A stretch of 64,000 nucleotides of DNA, from positions 189,782,001-189,846,000 of the forward strand of contig NC_067401.1 in the NCBI RefSeq assembly GCF_016432865.1, read 5' to 3'. The DNA is from Antechinus flavipes (Eukaryota). Both the position numbers and the translations under genes were made by a program. The notes below the pieces were generated by a model that saw only the letters and a program-made list of their open reading frames with translations, was not told the origin of the DNA and made no database searches. Shown in pieces: positions 24,424 through 44,918 of the stretch (the first letter of the stretch is position 1; each line of letters begins with the position of its first letter).

Positions 24424-25816
24424 AGACTCCAATTCTATGATATGACTTCACTGTGATATCTCAGCCTAGTACAGGGCAATCTGCTACATGGCCCTGGGTT
24501 ACTTAGGTAGTCGTCTATATGACCTATGACAGTGAGGTTGAGAGGGCCAAGTTGAGAGTCCTAGGCACTGAGAAGGTACCTAAGGGGAGGTGTGTCTTCC
24601 TGAAAAGACAGGACCAGGTCATTGGCTGAAGTCTAAGGAGCATTTTGAAGCTCAGCAGTGAGCTAGTGATTCAAGCTTAAACCATTCCTTTGCCCCTATT
24701 CTGGTCCTCATGAGGTCCAGGAAAAACTCCAGCCCTTTCTACACTCTTACTAGATTCAGGAATTCCTTCTTCCAGTCCATCTTCCCACCTCTCAGTAGGG
24801 ACCAGAAGTTGGATCCCTAGACCTCCTATTCTTCTTGAACCCACTTATTTGGATTTCCCCCAAAATAGGACATAGGAGTTCTTATGTTCTCAGACTACAC
24901 CTTCATGCACACATCCCTTTCCTTCCTACACTACAGTGGCCTTCTTGCTACTGACTTTAGGACACGGGGTGCAGGAAATGACACCAGTGGCTTTAGCTGT
25001 CCTATAGCTATGAACTGGGAGGTGATGGCTTCTGGTGCTTTGCCTATAATGGCGAGTACTTCACTGCCCACAATCCAGCAAGCTGGACTTGGGGATCGTC
25101 CCTTCCAGAACCAGAAAGGAAGAGGAGACAGGTGGTGGTAGGCAGCCAGCTTTCAGCAGTATGAGCCTGGCTGCAGAGAGATTGTAGGAAGAGACTTTGG
25201 GAATTGCTATGGGCAGAGCTTAGAGGCCAGGAACCCAAGCCTCTAGGATACTAGGACTTTCTCTTGTCCAAGACTTCTTAGGCCTTGGATGAGATGAGTG
25301 TCTTAAATTTCTCCTTCAGAAAGAACCCATAGAAAATGTTAAAATTCCCAATTAGAGACAAGGAAAACACATTGAGAGCAATTCTCTACAAGGGTCTTAG
25401 TGGCAGTGGGGAAGTGGATGGATTTGTGTGTTTTTATGCCTCTGATCTCTTATTTTCTTTATTGTCAGGAGATTCTTGCAGACTTAATTGATAGGGAGAC
25501 TACAAGCCTACATAACCGGGGAGGGAGGGAAAAGCGGGGAAGGCAGGGGAAAGTGAATGGGGCAGTAAGGAGAGGTTAAGAAACTAAGACAACCCTTAAC
25601 CCTTAGTTCCTCATTATTGTCTCCATCTTTTATGTGAGTCTCCAGGAGGCCCTTGGGGAACACACCCTCAGATGGCTAGCATTTGATCTCTATCCACCTA
25701 ATATCACCCTGACCTGGCTTACAGATAAAGAACCTCTGAGCCAGAGACTTCAGGACCCTGAGGCTACCTGACCTAGAGGAGATAGGAACTGACCAATTTC
25801 ACCTAGACACCAAGTC
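24424..25816 (+). pseudogene. MHC class I-like (MIC-like) pseudogene: alpha1 24424-24657, alpha2 24975-~25246, alpha3 ~25607-25816 (SINE-interrupted)
   Basis: Hand translation across lesions. alpha1: L*YDFTVISQPSTGQS/YMALGYLGSRL/MTYDSEVERAKLR, with a phase-1 AG acceptor (24422-23) and a GTGAG donor (24658). alpha2: GNDT/L*LSYSYELGGDGFWCFAYNGEYF...TW...*AWLQRDCRKRLWELL. alpha3: HTLRWLAFDLYPPNITLTWLTDKEPLSQ...T*PRGD/GTDQ. Position next to MCCD1 matches human MICB. Confidence 0.8.
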
Positions 25817-26050
25817 TAGGTGGCACAATGGCTAGATCCCTGGGGCTAGAGTTAGGAAGACTTGAGTTCAAATGTGATCTCACTTACTACCTGTATGAGG
25901 CTAGGCTAGTCATTTAGCATCTGTCTGCCTCAGTTTCCTCAACTGTAAAATTGAGAAAATAATAGCACTTACCTCCCAAGGCTGTTGTGAGGATCAAATG
26001 AAATATTTGTAAAGCACTTGGCACAGTGCCTGGCATTTAATTAATATTGT
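25817..26050 (+). mobile_element. MIR/MAR1-like SINE inserted in the class I-like alpha3 exon
   Basis: CTAGGTGGCACAATGG head, GAGTTCAAAT, CTGCCTCAGTTTCCTCAACTGTAAAAT core, GTAAAGCACTTGGCACAGTGCCTGGCA tail. Confidence 0.85.
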
Positions 26051-28278
26051 TTCCCCTTCCCTCTTCTAGACCTACACCCCACCATCACCTACTCTTCTAA
26101 TGTTCAGAAATCATTCCTCCTTTGTTCATATTCATAGATTCTAACCTCTCTTTTCTTCACCCTTCAGGGAATAATCAGACACTTTCTCAGTGCTGAGCCT
26201 ACTTTAGGTGAGATCCCAGGGCAAGGGCAAGGGATAAAGAGCTGTGGGAGCTTAAGGCTAGATATTTAGGAGTTGAATGGAAGGAAAAGGATGCAAAGCA
26301 ATTAGATGTGCTTCTACCATTGTTTCTCTCTCATAGACCAAGGAAGAGACCATTCCTCAGAGGCATGGAGACAATAACACAGACACCTTCTCAAGTGAGA
26401 AATATAAAATATTTTTTCCCTATTACTGGAGGATTTTTCTCCCTCTTCATCAGCAGCCTTGGTTAAGAGTCTGGGAATTTAGTTTACATTAATTTATTCA
26501 CCAAAAATAACAACCTTGAGCTAGGGGATCTTCTGAGTATTAAAGAATTCTTAATTCAAACTAGGGAAAAGGGGAAATTGTTACACTAAGTCTCGGGACA
26601 AGATGAAATAAATATAAACAGGTTCAATAGAAATTTAGACACATTAGTAAATGATGGAACCCTAATGGATTAAGTTCAAAATAGGAAAGGCTGGTTGATT
26701 CCTTCACACTAGCCCTCTCAGGCTGCTGTAGACCTGGATTCCAGAGTTTGGTCCCTCAGTATTTCTATTCACTTACAAAAGACTGACTTTACTATATAAC
26801 AAATATTTATCAAGTCAGAACCTTTATGTCCAGCAATAGGAAGAGTACAAAGAATAATGATTCTTGTCCATAAGACAGTCCAGCTTCAGAGACAAAACTT
26901 AATATATACAAAACAATTAGATAACATCTAAGTACTAAATTGTGTGGCTCTTAGGTGTAATATAATAGTGAGAAAAGGCTGATGGCTTTTTAGGACTTGT
27001 GCTTAGTTCTCAACAGAAAGAAAGGAAAGGTATAGAAGCGAGGAAGGGTGAAAGCAGTACTAATAAAAAACAGAACCGAATATAAGAAATTGAGGTCAAA
27101 TGTATAGTAGTGTGTTTAATTTGGGGAAGGGGTTGGGGGAAACATTTTAGAAAAGGTATCAACAGACTGGAGTATCTACAAGAATCAGATGAAAGGCCAG
27201 GAAATTCAACATGGAGAATAACCTAGTATTTATGTAGCATTATGCCATTTAACAGATTAAGAAAATTGAGGCAGAGGTTGAATGACTTGTGCCCAGAGTC
27301 AGCCAGCTAGCTATGCATCAGAGACTGGGTTTGAACTTATTAGATCTTGTGTCCCACTATCAATCTACTTCAACACCTAGCTGAAGGGACACTTAGTAGG
27401 CACTTAATCAGTTGTATTTCCAGAATTCGAAAAGATATTTGGCTTGGCCCCAAAGCACAGAAATAAGCATTGAGTGAACATTGTAAAGGTACACAGGTAA
27501 AAGGAATTGATGAAAAGGAAACAATCAAAAAGTGGAATAAGTAGTTTAAGAAGATTCCTATCCCCTACACCCCACCCCATCCCACCCCATCCCCTAAGGT
27601 CCTCAGTTAAAGAACTGACCACTTCTCAGGATTACTAATAGATGTGTCCCGAACTGGACTGACAAGATGATCCTTGAGGTTCCTTCTAGCTCTGGGAATG
27701 ATTTTCTGTGAGTAAATAGTAAAAGTGAGGAGTTACAAAAGAAAAAGAGGGAGAAGCTAGACTGTGAGGAGGAGGAACAATTTATAGGAAAATGAGAGGT
27801 CAGTTCTTTTCAAATGAAAATTCAAATATTAAGCACAACACACTTTCCTATCAAAGTAGGACTATTTATCAAGAAGCCAGAAAGGATAGGCCTGGGGAGT
27901 AAGGTAGGAGGGGGTAGTGATCCTGCTCTGGGGAAACAAGAGCAGGCAAGGGTGAAAGCAATGGTAGGGATAAAAAATAAAAAGAATGAGTAGGAAACAC
28001 AGGGAAAAAAACCCTGTGAACCTGATTTAGGTTCACAAAGAACCTAAACTGGAACTACCTTAGCACTTAAGATCCAAAGGACAGTGGTGCCTGGTGGATT
28101 AAAATATTATATGCAGCCCAGGAACAGGAGTTCATGAACTCTGGGGTTGGCCAGTCTGAGGAGGGAACAAGAGCAGTGAAGCGGGCAGGGGCGGGGGACT
28201 GGGCAGGGCCCTGGAAGAAGTCAGTTCCTGGCAACTGCAAGGCAGTTTGGACATAACTCCCTCCCCAGCCCGACTGCC

Positions 28279-29096
28279 ATGGGTCTCCCTCTGCCCTGGC
28301 TCTCTCATTACTGCTACCGGTTCCTGCTGTCCCGGATCATGGCCCGCCACATCTCTCGTAGGGTCTGCTCCCAGAATGCTGGGCCACCTACAGAAGAATT
28401 AGCTACCGAAGAGACCAGGAAGACTCTATTCCCAAACAGGGTAAGAAGGGTGAGAATGGGGACTTGCATTACTTTAGACTGGGGGAAAAGAATTAGTCCA
28501 ATCCAATCCACCAACACCCACACCCACAGTCCCCTTGGGATAGAAACATCCAATTCTCTAATCCATACTAGAGTCCTTTCCCTTCCACTCCTCCCCCAAT
28601 TCCTTCATATAGCAGAGTCCATAAAGTCCTTGAACAGGTCCCTGGTTTAGGAGTTAATTATTTGTCAGAGGGGAGGGGCAGTTTCCTTTTTTTTTTTTTT
28701 TTTTTTCAGCAAGGCCATACTGTCCCTTTCATCCAGACATGAGACCAATATCTGCCCCTAGTACCTAATCTCTTCTACTGTCCTAATATAGCAGGAGGCC
28801 AGGCCTTGATTTCAAAAGAAGGGGTAACAGAAGAAGCAGTTTTTCTCTCCAGTAAACTCTGCATCACAGCCTAGTTAAGTTCCTCTGAATCCTCGGCATC
28901 TTCCCTCCAGGGTCCAGGCCACAGAAGAGCTGAACTGGCCCAGGCAGAAGAACTGCTGGAACAACAACTAGAGCTATATCAAGCCCTGCTGGAAGGGCAA
29001 GAAGGGGCATGGGAAGCTCAAGCCCTTGTACTCAAGATCCAGAAGCTCAAGGAGCAGATGAGGCGGCACCGAGACAGCCTGAGAGGTGATGCTTGA
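28279..29096 (+). CDS. MCCD1: Mitochondrial coiled-coil domain protein 1 (2 exons: 28279-28440, 28911-29096; 115 aa)
   Basis: GT-AG phase-0 splice. Exon 2 encodes GPGHRRAELAQAEELLEQQLELYQALLEGQEGAWEAQALVLKIQKLKEQMRRH, which I recognise as MCCD1. Arg-rich N-terminal targeting-like sequence. Syntenic, tail-to-tail with DDX39B. Confidence 0.93.
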
Positions 29097-29399
29097 GGGG
29101 ACCCATCCTTACCTTCATTCACTGGCTGAATCCAAACACTTCTAAGAACCCTTTTGCCCCAGGATCCTATCTTGTTCCCTCCTTTTCTGGAGAGCATCCA
29201 ATGAGGGGAAATAGGAACGCTCTCCTTCTAAGTAGGGTCAAGAAATGGGAAGGGGTACTCAAGGGAAGCCAGTCCTTCCTCATCCTAATTAATAATTGAA
29301 TCCCCTCACAATGATCCTATTTCCAGTCCCCTAAGATGACTTCCATTCTTTGCTCAAGGCTGAAGAGAAGAAAAAAACACCATCCACTGCCATCCCTCA

Positions 29400-29452
29400 A
29401 ATAAAGGAACAAAACCCTCAGACACTCGATACTTTTTTGTTTCATTTTTAGT
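29400..29452. terminator. Convergent poly(A) signals: AATAAA (+, 29400-29405, MCCD1) and ACTAAA (-, 29447-29452, DDX39B candidate)
   Basis: Signals seen directly, with U/GU-rich tracts downstream on each strand. Actual usage is inferred. Confidence 0.6.
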
Positions 29453-29639
29453 TTTGTTAAAAAAAAAAAAATCCGACAGGACAAATCAATAAGGGTGTTT
29501 GGGGGGATGACATGAACAGGGCCATTGGGGGTAGGGAGGCTGGGGGTAGGTGGCAGTAGTGTCTCCTTCACCCCCGCGCCCGAGTGTTCGGCTCCTGGGG
29601 AGAGAGAGTGTATCATACTCCAGGGACAGGCCAAGGCCT

Positions 29640-37301
<7,662 letters not shown>

Positions 37302-38169
37302 TCAGAAGTGAGAGCTAAGGAAGATAGGATTGGGAAAAACAAGCTGGTGATAAAAAGAAAAAAAATTCCCACCAACCTCCAGTTTTTTCCATATACCTTC
37401 CTCTTTTTAAAAATTTTGAGCTATTTCTTCTGGATAGAGAAAAACAGACAAGCTAGAATACAAAAATGAGGTTTGAGGACAGAGAGAAGTGGATTTATTA
37501 TTTTGGGGGGAGGGGCAAAATTTGAGTTGTAACAGATGTAGGAACCAGAGTAATAGAAAAAGATAAGAAAATGATGATAGTATGAAGCAACTACAAAGCA
37601 AAAGTTCAGTGGAAAATTTAGAAATACAAAGAGTTAAGGGGAAAAAATTTTTTTTATTTACAAAGAAGGGAGGGTCTGGAGCTGGAGCAAAGACTGCAGC
37701 AGCGTTAATATCTAACGACTTATAGAAGAAATAACTTCTTCCCACCCCCAAACCTGCAGCAACCAAAGGTATGATATTCATAGCTCGCAGAGTTCTAGTC
37801 TCATGACGAACACATTACGTTGCTGGTTGTTACTCAAGCCCCAGTCTGTCCAAGTCCCTCTTGAACAGGGACCTACCAGAGGTGGAGAACCTTAAAGTCA
37901 AAAGGCAAACGTTCTTCATCAATGGGAAGTAGGATGGGGAGACAAAAGAGTTCTTCACTAAGAGTATCACATTTCCCTTCCAACATTTTAATGGCTTGAA
38001 TCAAATGGGGAGGATCAAGGGGAAGAAAACTGTTGGTAATTTACAGACATGGGACCCAGAAACCTGTCCCTCTTATAAAAAGAATCAGGAGAAAAGACTC
38101 CATGGGCAGTGTTGCTTTAGATAAGACTGCATTGTCCGTATATTATACTCCCCACAAACATACTGGCTA

Positions 38170-39060
38170 AAGAGGAGACTGTGTCCCTCCCGACCTTCTC
38201 CAGCTGGAGTAGGGCCGCTGGCGGGGAAGAGGAGGATGGAGACAAAGCGCGTGAGATTACCAGAGGGGACTCGGCGGCTGGCACACAATGGCGCCACGGC
38301 CGCCATCTTGGGTCCTCCCCTTTCGCTCCCGGCCATCCCCTCCCCCCTGGGGGGGGGTTCTTCCCTCGCGGGCGGGGCGGGAAAAGAGGCGGAAATAACG
38401 GCCCCGCAGGGGCCAGGAGGCTAAAGCATCGCTCTTGGCAGGGATATTGGGGGTCTCTTGCTATCGAATGGGCTTAGAGAAGGATGGATGGATGTGGATA
38501 AAGGCCGTGGCCGCCGCTTACCTGAGCGGGGAAGAAATGCGTCTGGTGGCGGCAGCGGCGGCGACCGACGAAAGCGGCCTCCACTTCCGGTCCCCGCGTT
38601 CCCTCTCCCCTTTCCACCCCACTCTTTCCAGGATACCAGTGCGCAGACGCGAGGAACAGGAAGCAAGGCTCGAGGACCTCCTACGAATCAACCGTCCCGC
38701 GCATTAAAGAGATGCCCTCTGGATCGCCTGATTAGATGTAAACTATGAATTTCTTTTCAGTTCTTCCGTCACCTCTCTAATCAAAGTTGTGAGGGGAAAT
38801 TCACTTTCTCTTTTTTGTAAACCCTCCCCATACCACTACCCCGGACTCTCTTCTACTATTTTGCTTTTCAGTCAGGCTTGCTTAAAGCACTGCTTTTCAC
38901 TTGGAACGCAATGAATGGGTCGCGGAAGTGGCGGAACGTTCTCCCGGCGTCCTACGACTGCCGCAGTTGCCAAGGTGACCTAGACGTAGGCTAGGCTTTA
39001 CCGGGCCTCTGTGATGGGTATGACTGCTGAGGACGTGGGATGGAAGGAAAGGGAAGTAGA
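38170..39060 (-). promoter_or_regulatory. DDX39B CpG-island promoter and non-coding exon 1 (from about 38522 upward)
   Basis: High CpG density, YY1 motif CCGCCATCTT (about 38320-38330), ETS motifs CACTTCCGG (about 38582) and CGGAAGTG (about 38922), donor CTCAG|GTAAG at 38521. Confidence 0.85.
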
Positions 39061-40996
39061 TTTAGGAGTTCTGAAAGGGGAAGTAACTGAGCGCCCTCGT
39101 CTTATTTTTATCCTATGACCCTGCAGGAAGAAGGTTAATGGGCATGCCGCCATTCAGACAAGGAACCTTAGCGACCTCCTGGTGCAATCCTGCCAGTCAA
39201 CAAGCATTTATCAAGTGTCTACTGATGATGCAAGAAAAAACAAAAAGCAAAAAACCCAAAAAAAAACCCTACAGTCCAGGCCTCCAAGAACTAATACTCT
39301 AATGGAGATGTGTACATACAAGATAGAGAACAAAGGGAATGTAGTCTCAGAGAAAAGCACTGGGGATTGGGGGGGGGGGGGTGAGAGGGGACCTGTGGGA
39401 AGGAGGCATCTTGTATTGAGATTTGAGCAAAGTCTTCCCTGTAGCTGGGGTGGAGGGGAAGAGGAAGATGTCTGCACAGCTGACCAGAGAATCCCTCCCC
39501 CCCCTCCCCCGCACTGTCTTCCAGGCAGATGGGCCCACTTACGGATTTTGGAACAATGCTAACGTGTCATAACAAATTTATAAAGGATATATGACCACTG
39601 ACTTGCCACTGTCACAGGACATAGCTGGGTAAAGTTACTGGGTGCCCCAGGAAGGCAGCAGTTTTAAGGACCCAAAGATAGGGATGAAAAGCCTAAATTC
39701 AGGCACAAGGCTTCATTTTCCATTCCTCTTGCTGTTGCTTCCATTTTTGGGATCTACATTCACAAAAACTTGCCCCTTCTGCCTAGAGCCAGGGTGAAAT
39801 TCAAATGCTTTCTTGGGATGAGGGATATCTCATACCTTTATCACTTGTTGGAATATCATATAAATATAAACTGTAGTGTGAAATAATGGAGGGGAAAAAC
39901 AATGGATTTAGAGTGGAAGATTTGGGTACAAATTCCAGGTTTGCCTCTTATTTAAAATTGTGCTGCTTTCAAAAACTAGTTTTCCCCTTCTAGGAATTAG
40001 AACACGTAAGACAATGTGGAAAGTAAGGGAATTGGTTTGTCCTAAACTTAAATATTTCAAGTTTCAAAAAATGTTTTATCCTAAGTTTAATAAGTAATGA
40101 AAGTGAAAGGGAATGAAAAATGAAATATTATGAGAGATTCTTCCAAAAAAAAGAATTCTTACAAGTTTTCATAATTTATTTTATTGACATTCACATTTGT
40201 TTCATTTTACAATTGAATAGAACAATAGGAAATTAAAGTGTGGGAAAAGGAAAATAGAGAAGGATAGAGGACACTCACATAAGAACACCACTTGGAATAA
40301 AGAAAGTAAAACAAGTCTCTTCAAGAAATTGTGAGAAACAGAAAAAAAAAGGAGAAGTAACAGGAATGATGTAAAGATTATAAAAAGGAAAGAGCAGAAG
40401 AAAAAGAAACTCTTAAGAGTCACAAGATTAATAAAATTTTAGAGGTCAGCTAGTTTCATCACTGGTCAAAGGAACGCCATGCAGGGAAATCCATACACTT
40501 TGAAGGATGGTCCTTTAAATCAGAAGGCTACTAGGATTACTTAATTGATATCAACTGGGGAGAGATTTTGATCTACCTGGGAGAAATCTTAATAATAATG
40601 ATGCATAGCCTTTAATACTTTAAGGTTTGCAAAACATTTTACAAAAGTCATCTCATTTAATCTTCACTAGAACATTGTAATTACATGCAATTGTCTCCAT
40701 TTTACATATGAAAAAATTAAGTAACTTGTTCAGACACACAACTATTACCATGACTAGAGAGCAGTTATCAAAGTCAAGATTTTAAGGTAGATTTAGATTC
40801 TATGTGAAAGAAACATCATTCTCTGAGAATTTAAAAGGTCCTGGTAGGAGTTATGGAGCTAAAGATTTAGGATTCTACATGGGAGAATTACAGGGTAACT
40901 TCTTGCATTTCTGGAGGACTGATGGGAGAAAAGGGATATGGCTGGAGGACAAGGTATAAAGTTTTGGGAAGAGAGGAGATGATTAGTACAGAGTCC

Positions 40997-42094
40997 CTAG
41001 GCAGCAATCCGATAGTTGGGATGTATCTGGGGTCTGATGTCACAGACCATGCCAAGAAGTTGAGCCAGGACACACTCACGACTGTTCTGCTGAGAACTCT
41101 GCATGCTCTGTATCTGGCGCCGAGTTGCCTGCTCCACCTCAGCTGACAAGTTCCCCTGGGAACCCATGGCCTGTTTTGGAGAGGAGGGGGTAAGGTGGGT
41201 GAAGGCATTGGGAAAAGAGAAATAGGAAACAAAAAGTCCCAAGAGTGTGAGGTTGCCACAAGAGAAAGCAAGAGAAAAAAAAAGACCCAAATATGAATAT
41301 TACTCCTTCCCCTGAATATTTTATGTACAGACTATGCAAATTATACAAAAGCCATCGAGGCCACAGAGAGATATATGTACATTAAGACCCAAATTCCAAA
41401 AACTGAATTCCCCATCCACTTTAACATTATCACCTGACCCAGGAAGATTTTATATTTTCCACCCTAGCCCACTGCTATTTTCCACAATGGATATAAAAAA
41501 GCACAAACACTACCTCATAAATTCTGTGCTTTCCTGAGAGACTTCCCTCCACAAAAATATTTGAAAATGCTAATGTACCTCATAAAGGTCCCCATTCCAT
41601 TAGAGAAATTACCCTGATAACGTTTTCCAATATGCAATACATGCCAAATCTTACCGCTTGTTGCTTGCTCTGGAACTCCTGCTCCTGTTCCCTACGGTAT
41701 TGCTCTACCTCCATCTGAGCTTCTTCCTTGGCCTGTTTCAGACGCCGAGCCTTCCCTGGAGTGAAAGAAGGGAAGAACCACCTTTAGAAAGATAGTTTAA
41801 AGGGCACTTTCAACCAAAAGAGTCCTTCATGATCACCATGGTAGTTCAATTCTTTATATATCTCTAAAGAAATGCTTATATGTCTTTAAAGAAACGCTGG
41901 CATCTTAGGCTACCTCACATCCTACTTCTCTGTCCCCCTCCCCCCCATTCCTCTTGTAATTAAATTGGCCAATCCATCTAAAACCCTATTAGTTCCCCAT
42001 CAAGGCTCTCACTCTTTCGAGCATCTGCCACCTTCTCAGCTGCTCTTTTCTCAGCCTGCAGCAGTTGCTGGATGCCCTGAGATTGACTGGCCAT
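40997..42094 (-). CDS. ATP6V1G2: V-type ATPase subunit G2 (3 exons: 42013-42094, 41655-41755, 40997-41170; 118 aa)
   Basis: GT-AG junctions, total 357 nt. [48 protein letters not shown]...AMGSQGNLSAEVEQATRRQ...HPNYRIAA. Candidate AATAAA on minus near 40175-40185. Confidence 0.97.
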
Positions 42095-42964
42095 CTCTAT
42101 TTGTAAGTGGTGATGCTACCAAAGGTACCAGTTTACTGCCACTACCTCCACCCCCACACCCCACCACATGCAGCTATCCTTCTTCACTCCGTTGGGTCTT
42201 AGTGTCCCCCTGCTCTCGAAGTTTCCTCTTATTCCCAATTCTGGCTAATTATTCCACCTCATTCCCTTGCTCTTGCAGTAGTACCATCTGAGGGCAACAG
42301 AGACCAGATTATTGCCTGTTGGGGTGGAGGAGGGGTAGGGAGAGAAAGAAGTTTTCTAGCCTCTATTTTTTGACAGCATGAGTTCTACCTCATTCTCGGT
42401 TTTGGTGAATAGGGTTTCTGTGAAAGGTAAAAGAGATCATAATGGAAATTGAGGGCTATGAACATGAAGGACAATAAAGTCTGTGAGGAAGAGATCATCA
42501 CAGAGTGGGAATACAGATGATGAACCATTCTGGTTTTTCTCTAAATCTCAGCAATTCCATTCCACAATAACTAGCATTTGTTTAATGCTCTTAAGGCTTG
42601 CAAAATGCTTTACAATTTGGTCTCATTTTATCCATAAAACAACCCCAGAACGTACCTGCTATTGTTATCCCCATTGTACAAGTGAGGAAACAGAAATTAA
42701 ATGACTTGCCCCGGGTCACACAGCTAGTATGTGTGAACAGAGCACATTTGAACCTGGAAATACCTAACCTAAGATATTAATGTAACCTTGGGCAAGTTAC
42801 TTAAGGGAAAAAATATGTCCTCACTTCAATAACATGCCTCATGTTACTAATGTCACCTTTTTTGATCCTCACAACCCTGGGAGGTACATGATGTAATCTT
42901 CATTTTATAAATGAGGAATCTGAGGCAGACATAATGACTTGCCCAGGCTCACAATTATATATGT

Positions 42965-44240
42965 TCTTTTATTATTATTATTATTATAGCTTTTTATATA
43001 CAAAACATATGCATGGGTAATTTTTCAACATTGATCCTTGCAAAAACTTCTATTTCAACTTTTCCCCTCCTTCCCTCCATCCTCTCCCCTAAATGGCAGG
43101 TAATCCCATACATGTTAAATATGTTAAAGTATATGTTAAATATAATCTATGTATACATATTTATACAATTATCTTGTTGCACAAGAAAGATCAGATTTAG
43201 AAAGAAGTTAAAAATAACCTGAGAAGAAAAAACAAAAATGCAAGCAAACAATAACAGAAAGAGTGGAAATGTTATGTTGTGGTCCATACTCATTTCCTAA
43301 GTTCTTTCTCTGGGTGTAGCTGGTTCTGTTCATTACAGATCAATTGGAAGTGATTTGGATCCTTTCATTGCTTAAGAGAGCTAATTCATCAGAATTGATC
43401 ATCATGTAATATTGTTGAAGTGTATAATGATCTCCTGGTTCTGCTCATTTCACTTAGCAACGTTCATGTAAGTCTCTCCAAGTCTCTCTGTATTCATCCT
43501 GCTGGTCATTTCTTACAGAACAATAATATTCCATAATATTCATATACCACAATTTATTCAGCCATTCTCTGATTGATGGGCATCTACTCAATTTCTAGTT
43601 TCTAGCCACTATGAAAAGGGCTGCCACAAACATTTTTGCACATACGGGTCCCTTTCCCTTCTTTAATATCTCTTTGGGTTATAAGCCCAGTAGTAACACT
43701 GTTGGATCAAAGGAGATGCACAGTTTTATAACTTTTTGAGTATACTTCCAAACTGCTCTCCGGAATGGGTGGCTCCATTCACAACTCCACCAACAATGCA
43801 TCAGTGTCCCAATTTTCCCACATCCCCTCCAACATTTGTCATTATTTTTTCCTGTCCCCTTAGTCAATCTGACAGGTGTGTAGTGGTATCTTAGAGTTGT
43901 CTTAATTTGCATTTCTCTGATCAACAATGATTTGGAACACCTTTTCCTATGGGTAGAAAGTTTCAATTTCATCATCTGAAAATTGTTCATATCCTTTGAC
44001 CATTTGTCAATTGGAGAATGGCTTGATTTCTTATAAATTAGAGTCAGTTCTCTATATATTTTAGAGATGAGATCTTTATAAAAACCTTTAGCTGTAGAAA
44101 TGTTTTCCCAGTTTATTGCTTCCCTTCTAATCCTATCCACATTAGATTTATTTGTACAAAAGCTTTTTAACTTTATATAATCGAAATTTTCTATTTTGTG
44201 ATCAGTAATGACCTCTAGATCTTCTTTGGTCACAAATTCT
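42965..44240 (-). mobile_element. 5'-truncated LINE-1 (ORF2 C-terminus plus 3'UTR)
   Basis: ORF 43679-44233 contains REMQIKTTLRYHYTPVR and KCWRGCGKIGTLMHCWW. The antisense tail is T/ATT-rich at about 42965-42995. Confidence 0.93.
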
Positions 44241-44331
44241 TTCCATTTGAGATATTTCTATTTCTGTCTACTTGTTTCTTCATTTGTAAACTGAAGATAA
44301 TAGCATCTACTTACAAGAGTTGTTGTGATAA

Positions 44332-44854
44332 TGTTGAGGTCTAGATTTGGGGTACCTAAATGAAATTGGGGTTTAGTTGAGGTCTAGTGGCAGATTTGGG
44401 GTACAGGGAGTCAAGCAAAGCTCCCCTGCAACTCCCTTGGATTCGGCGGTAAATGAGGTCTAGTAGCGGCATGAGTTCCCAATAAAAGCATTTATTGGCC
44501 CGAGAGCTAGATTGATCAAAGAGGTTTATTATTGGGTAAGCAAGGTTAAAGTATAGGTGAAGGTAGAGATAAGGAGGGCACCGGACAGAGGGTCCAGTGG
44601 ACAGAGGGTCCTCACATGGCTAGCATGTTTGGAATCTCTGCAAAGAGGGAGTCCCAGCAGCTCCTTTTTATAATGGGAAATTTAGCTTGAGGGGCTTTTG
44701 GTGTAGCTCCAAAGTTGGCTCAGATCTGGGTGGGGCTGGGACAGGTCAGATCTTCTATTGGAATTCAAAGGGACCAGGATTTGTGAGTTAAAAGGTAATT
44801 TACATTATTAACTAGGAGAGGGTGGGAATCTAGAAAGGAATCTTTCCCACATCA
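44332..44854 (-). mobile_element. Solo LTR (ERV1-like) inserted in an older SINE
   Basis: TG...CA termini, perfect 4-bp TSD ATAA (44328-44331 / 44855-44858), minus-strand TATA and AATAAA. The SINE halves resume on both sides. Confidence 0.85.
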
Positions 44855-44918
44855 ATAACAAAAAATGAAATATTTGTAAAGTGTTTTGCAAACCTTAAAA
44901 AGCAAAGTAAATTCGTAT

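Noticed and set aside
26160-26400. Two small AG...GT-bounded segments that might be TM or cytoplasmic exons of the class I-like gene
   Set aside because: No hydrophobic TM stretch or recognisable peptide; left unassigned.
37885-37975. Possible third U83/U84-like snoRNA remnant in DDX39B intron 1 (GTGATAC...TGATGAAG...CCTTTTGACTTT on minus)
   Set aside because: No intact D box, guide or terminal stem; similarity is too weak to call by eye.
38085-38748. Six overlapping ORFs
   Set aside because: CpG-island promoter and intron 1 of DDX39B; chance ORFs.
42100-42450. REST/NRSE site for neuron-restricted ATP6V1G2
   Set aside because: No acceptable match to TTCAGCACCnnGGACAGnGCC was found.
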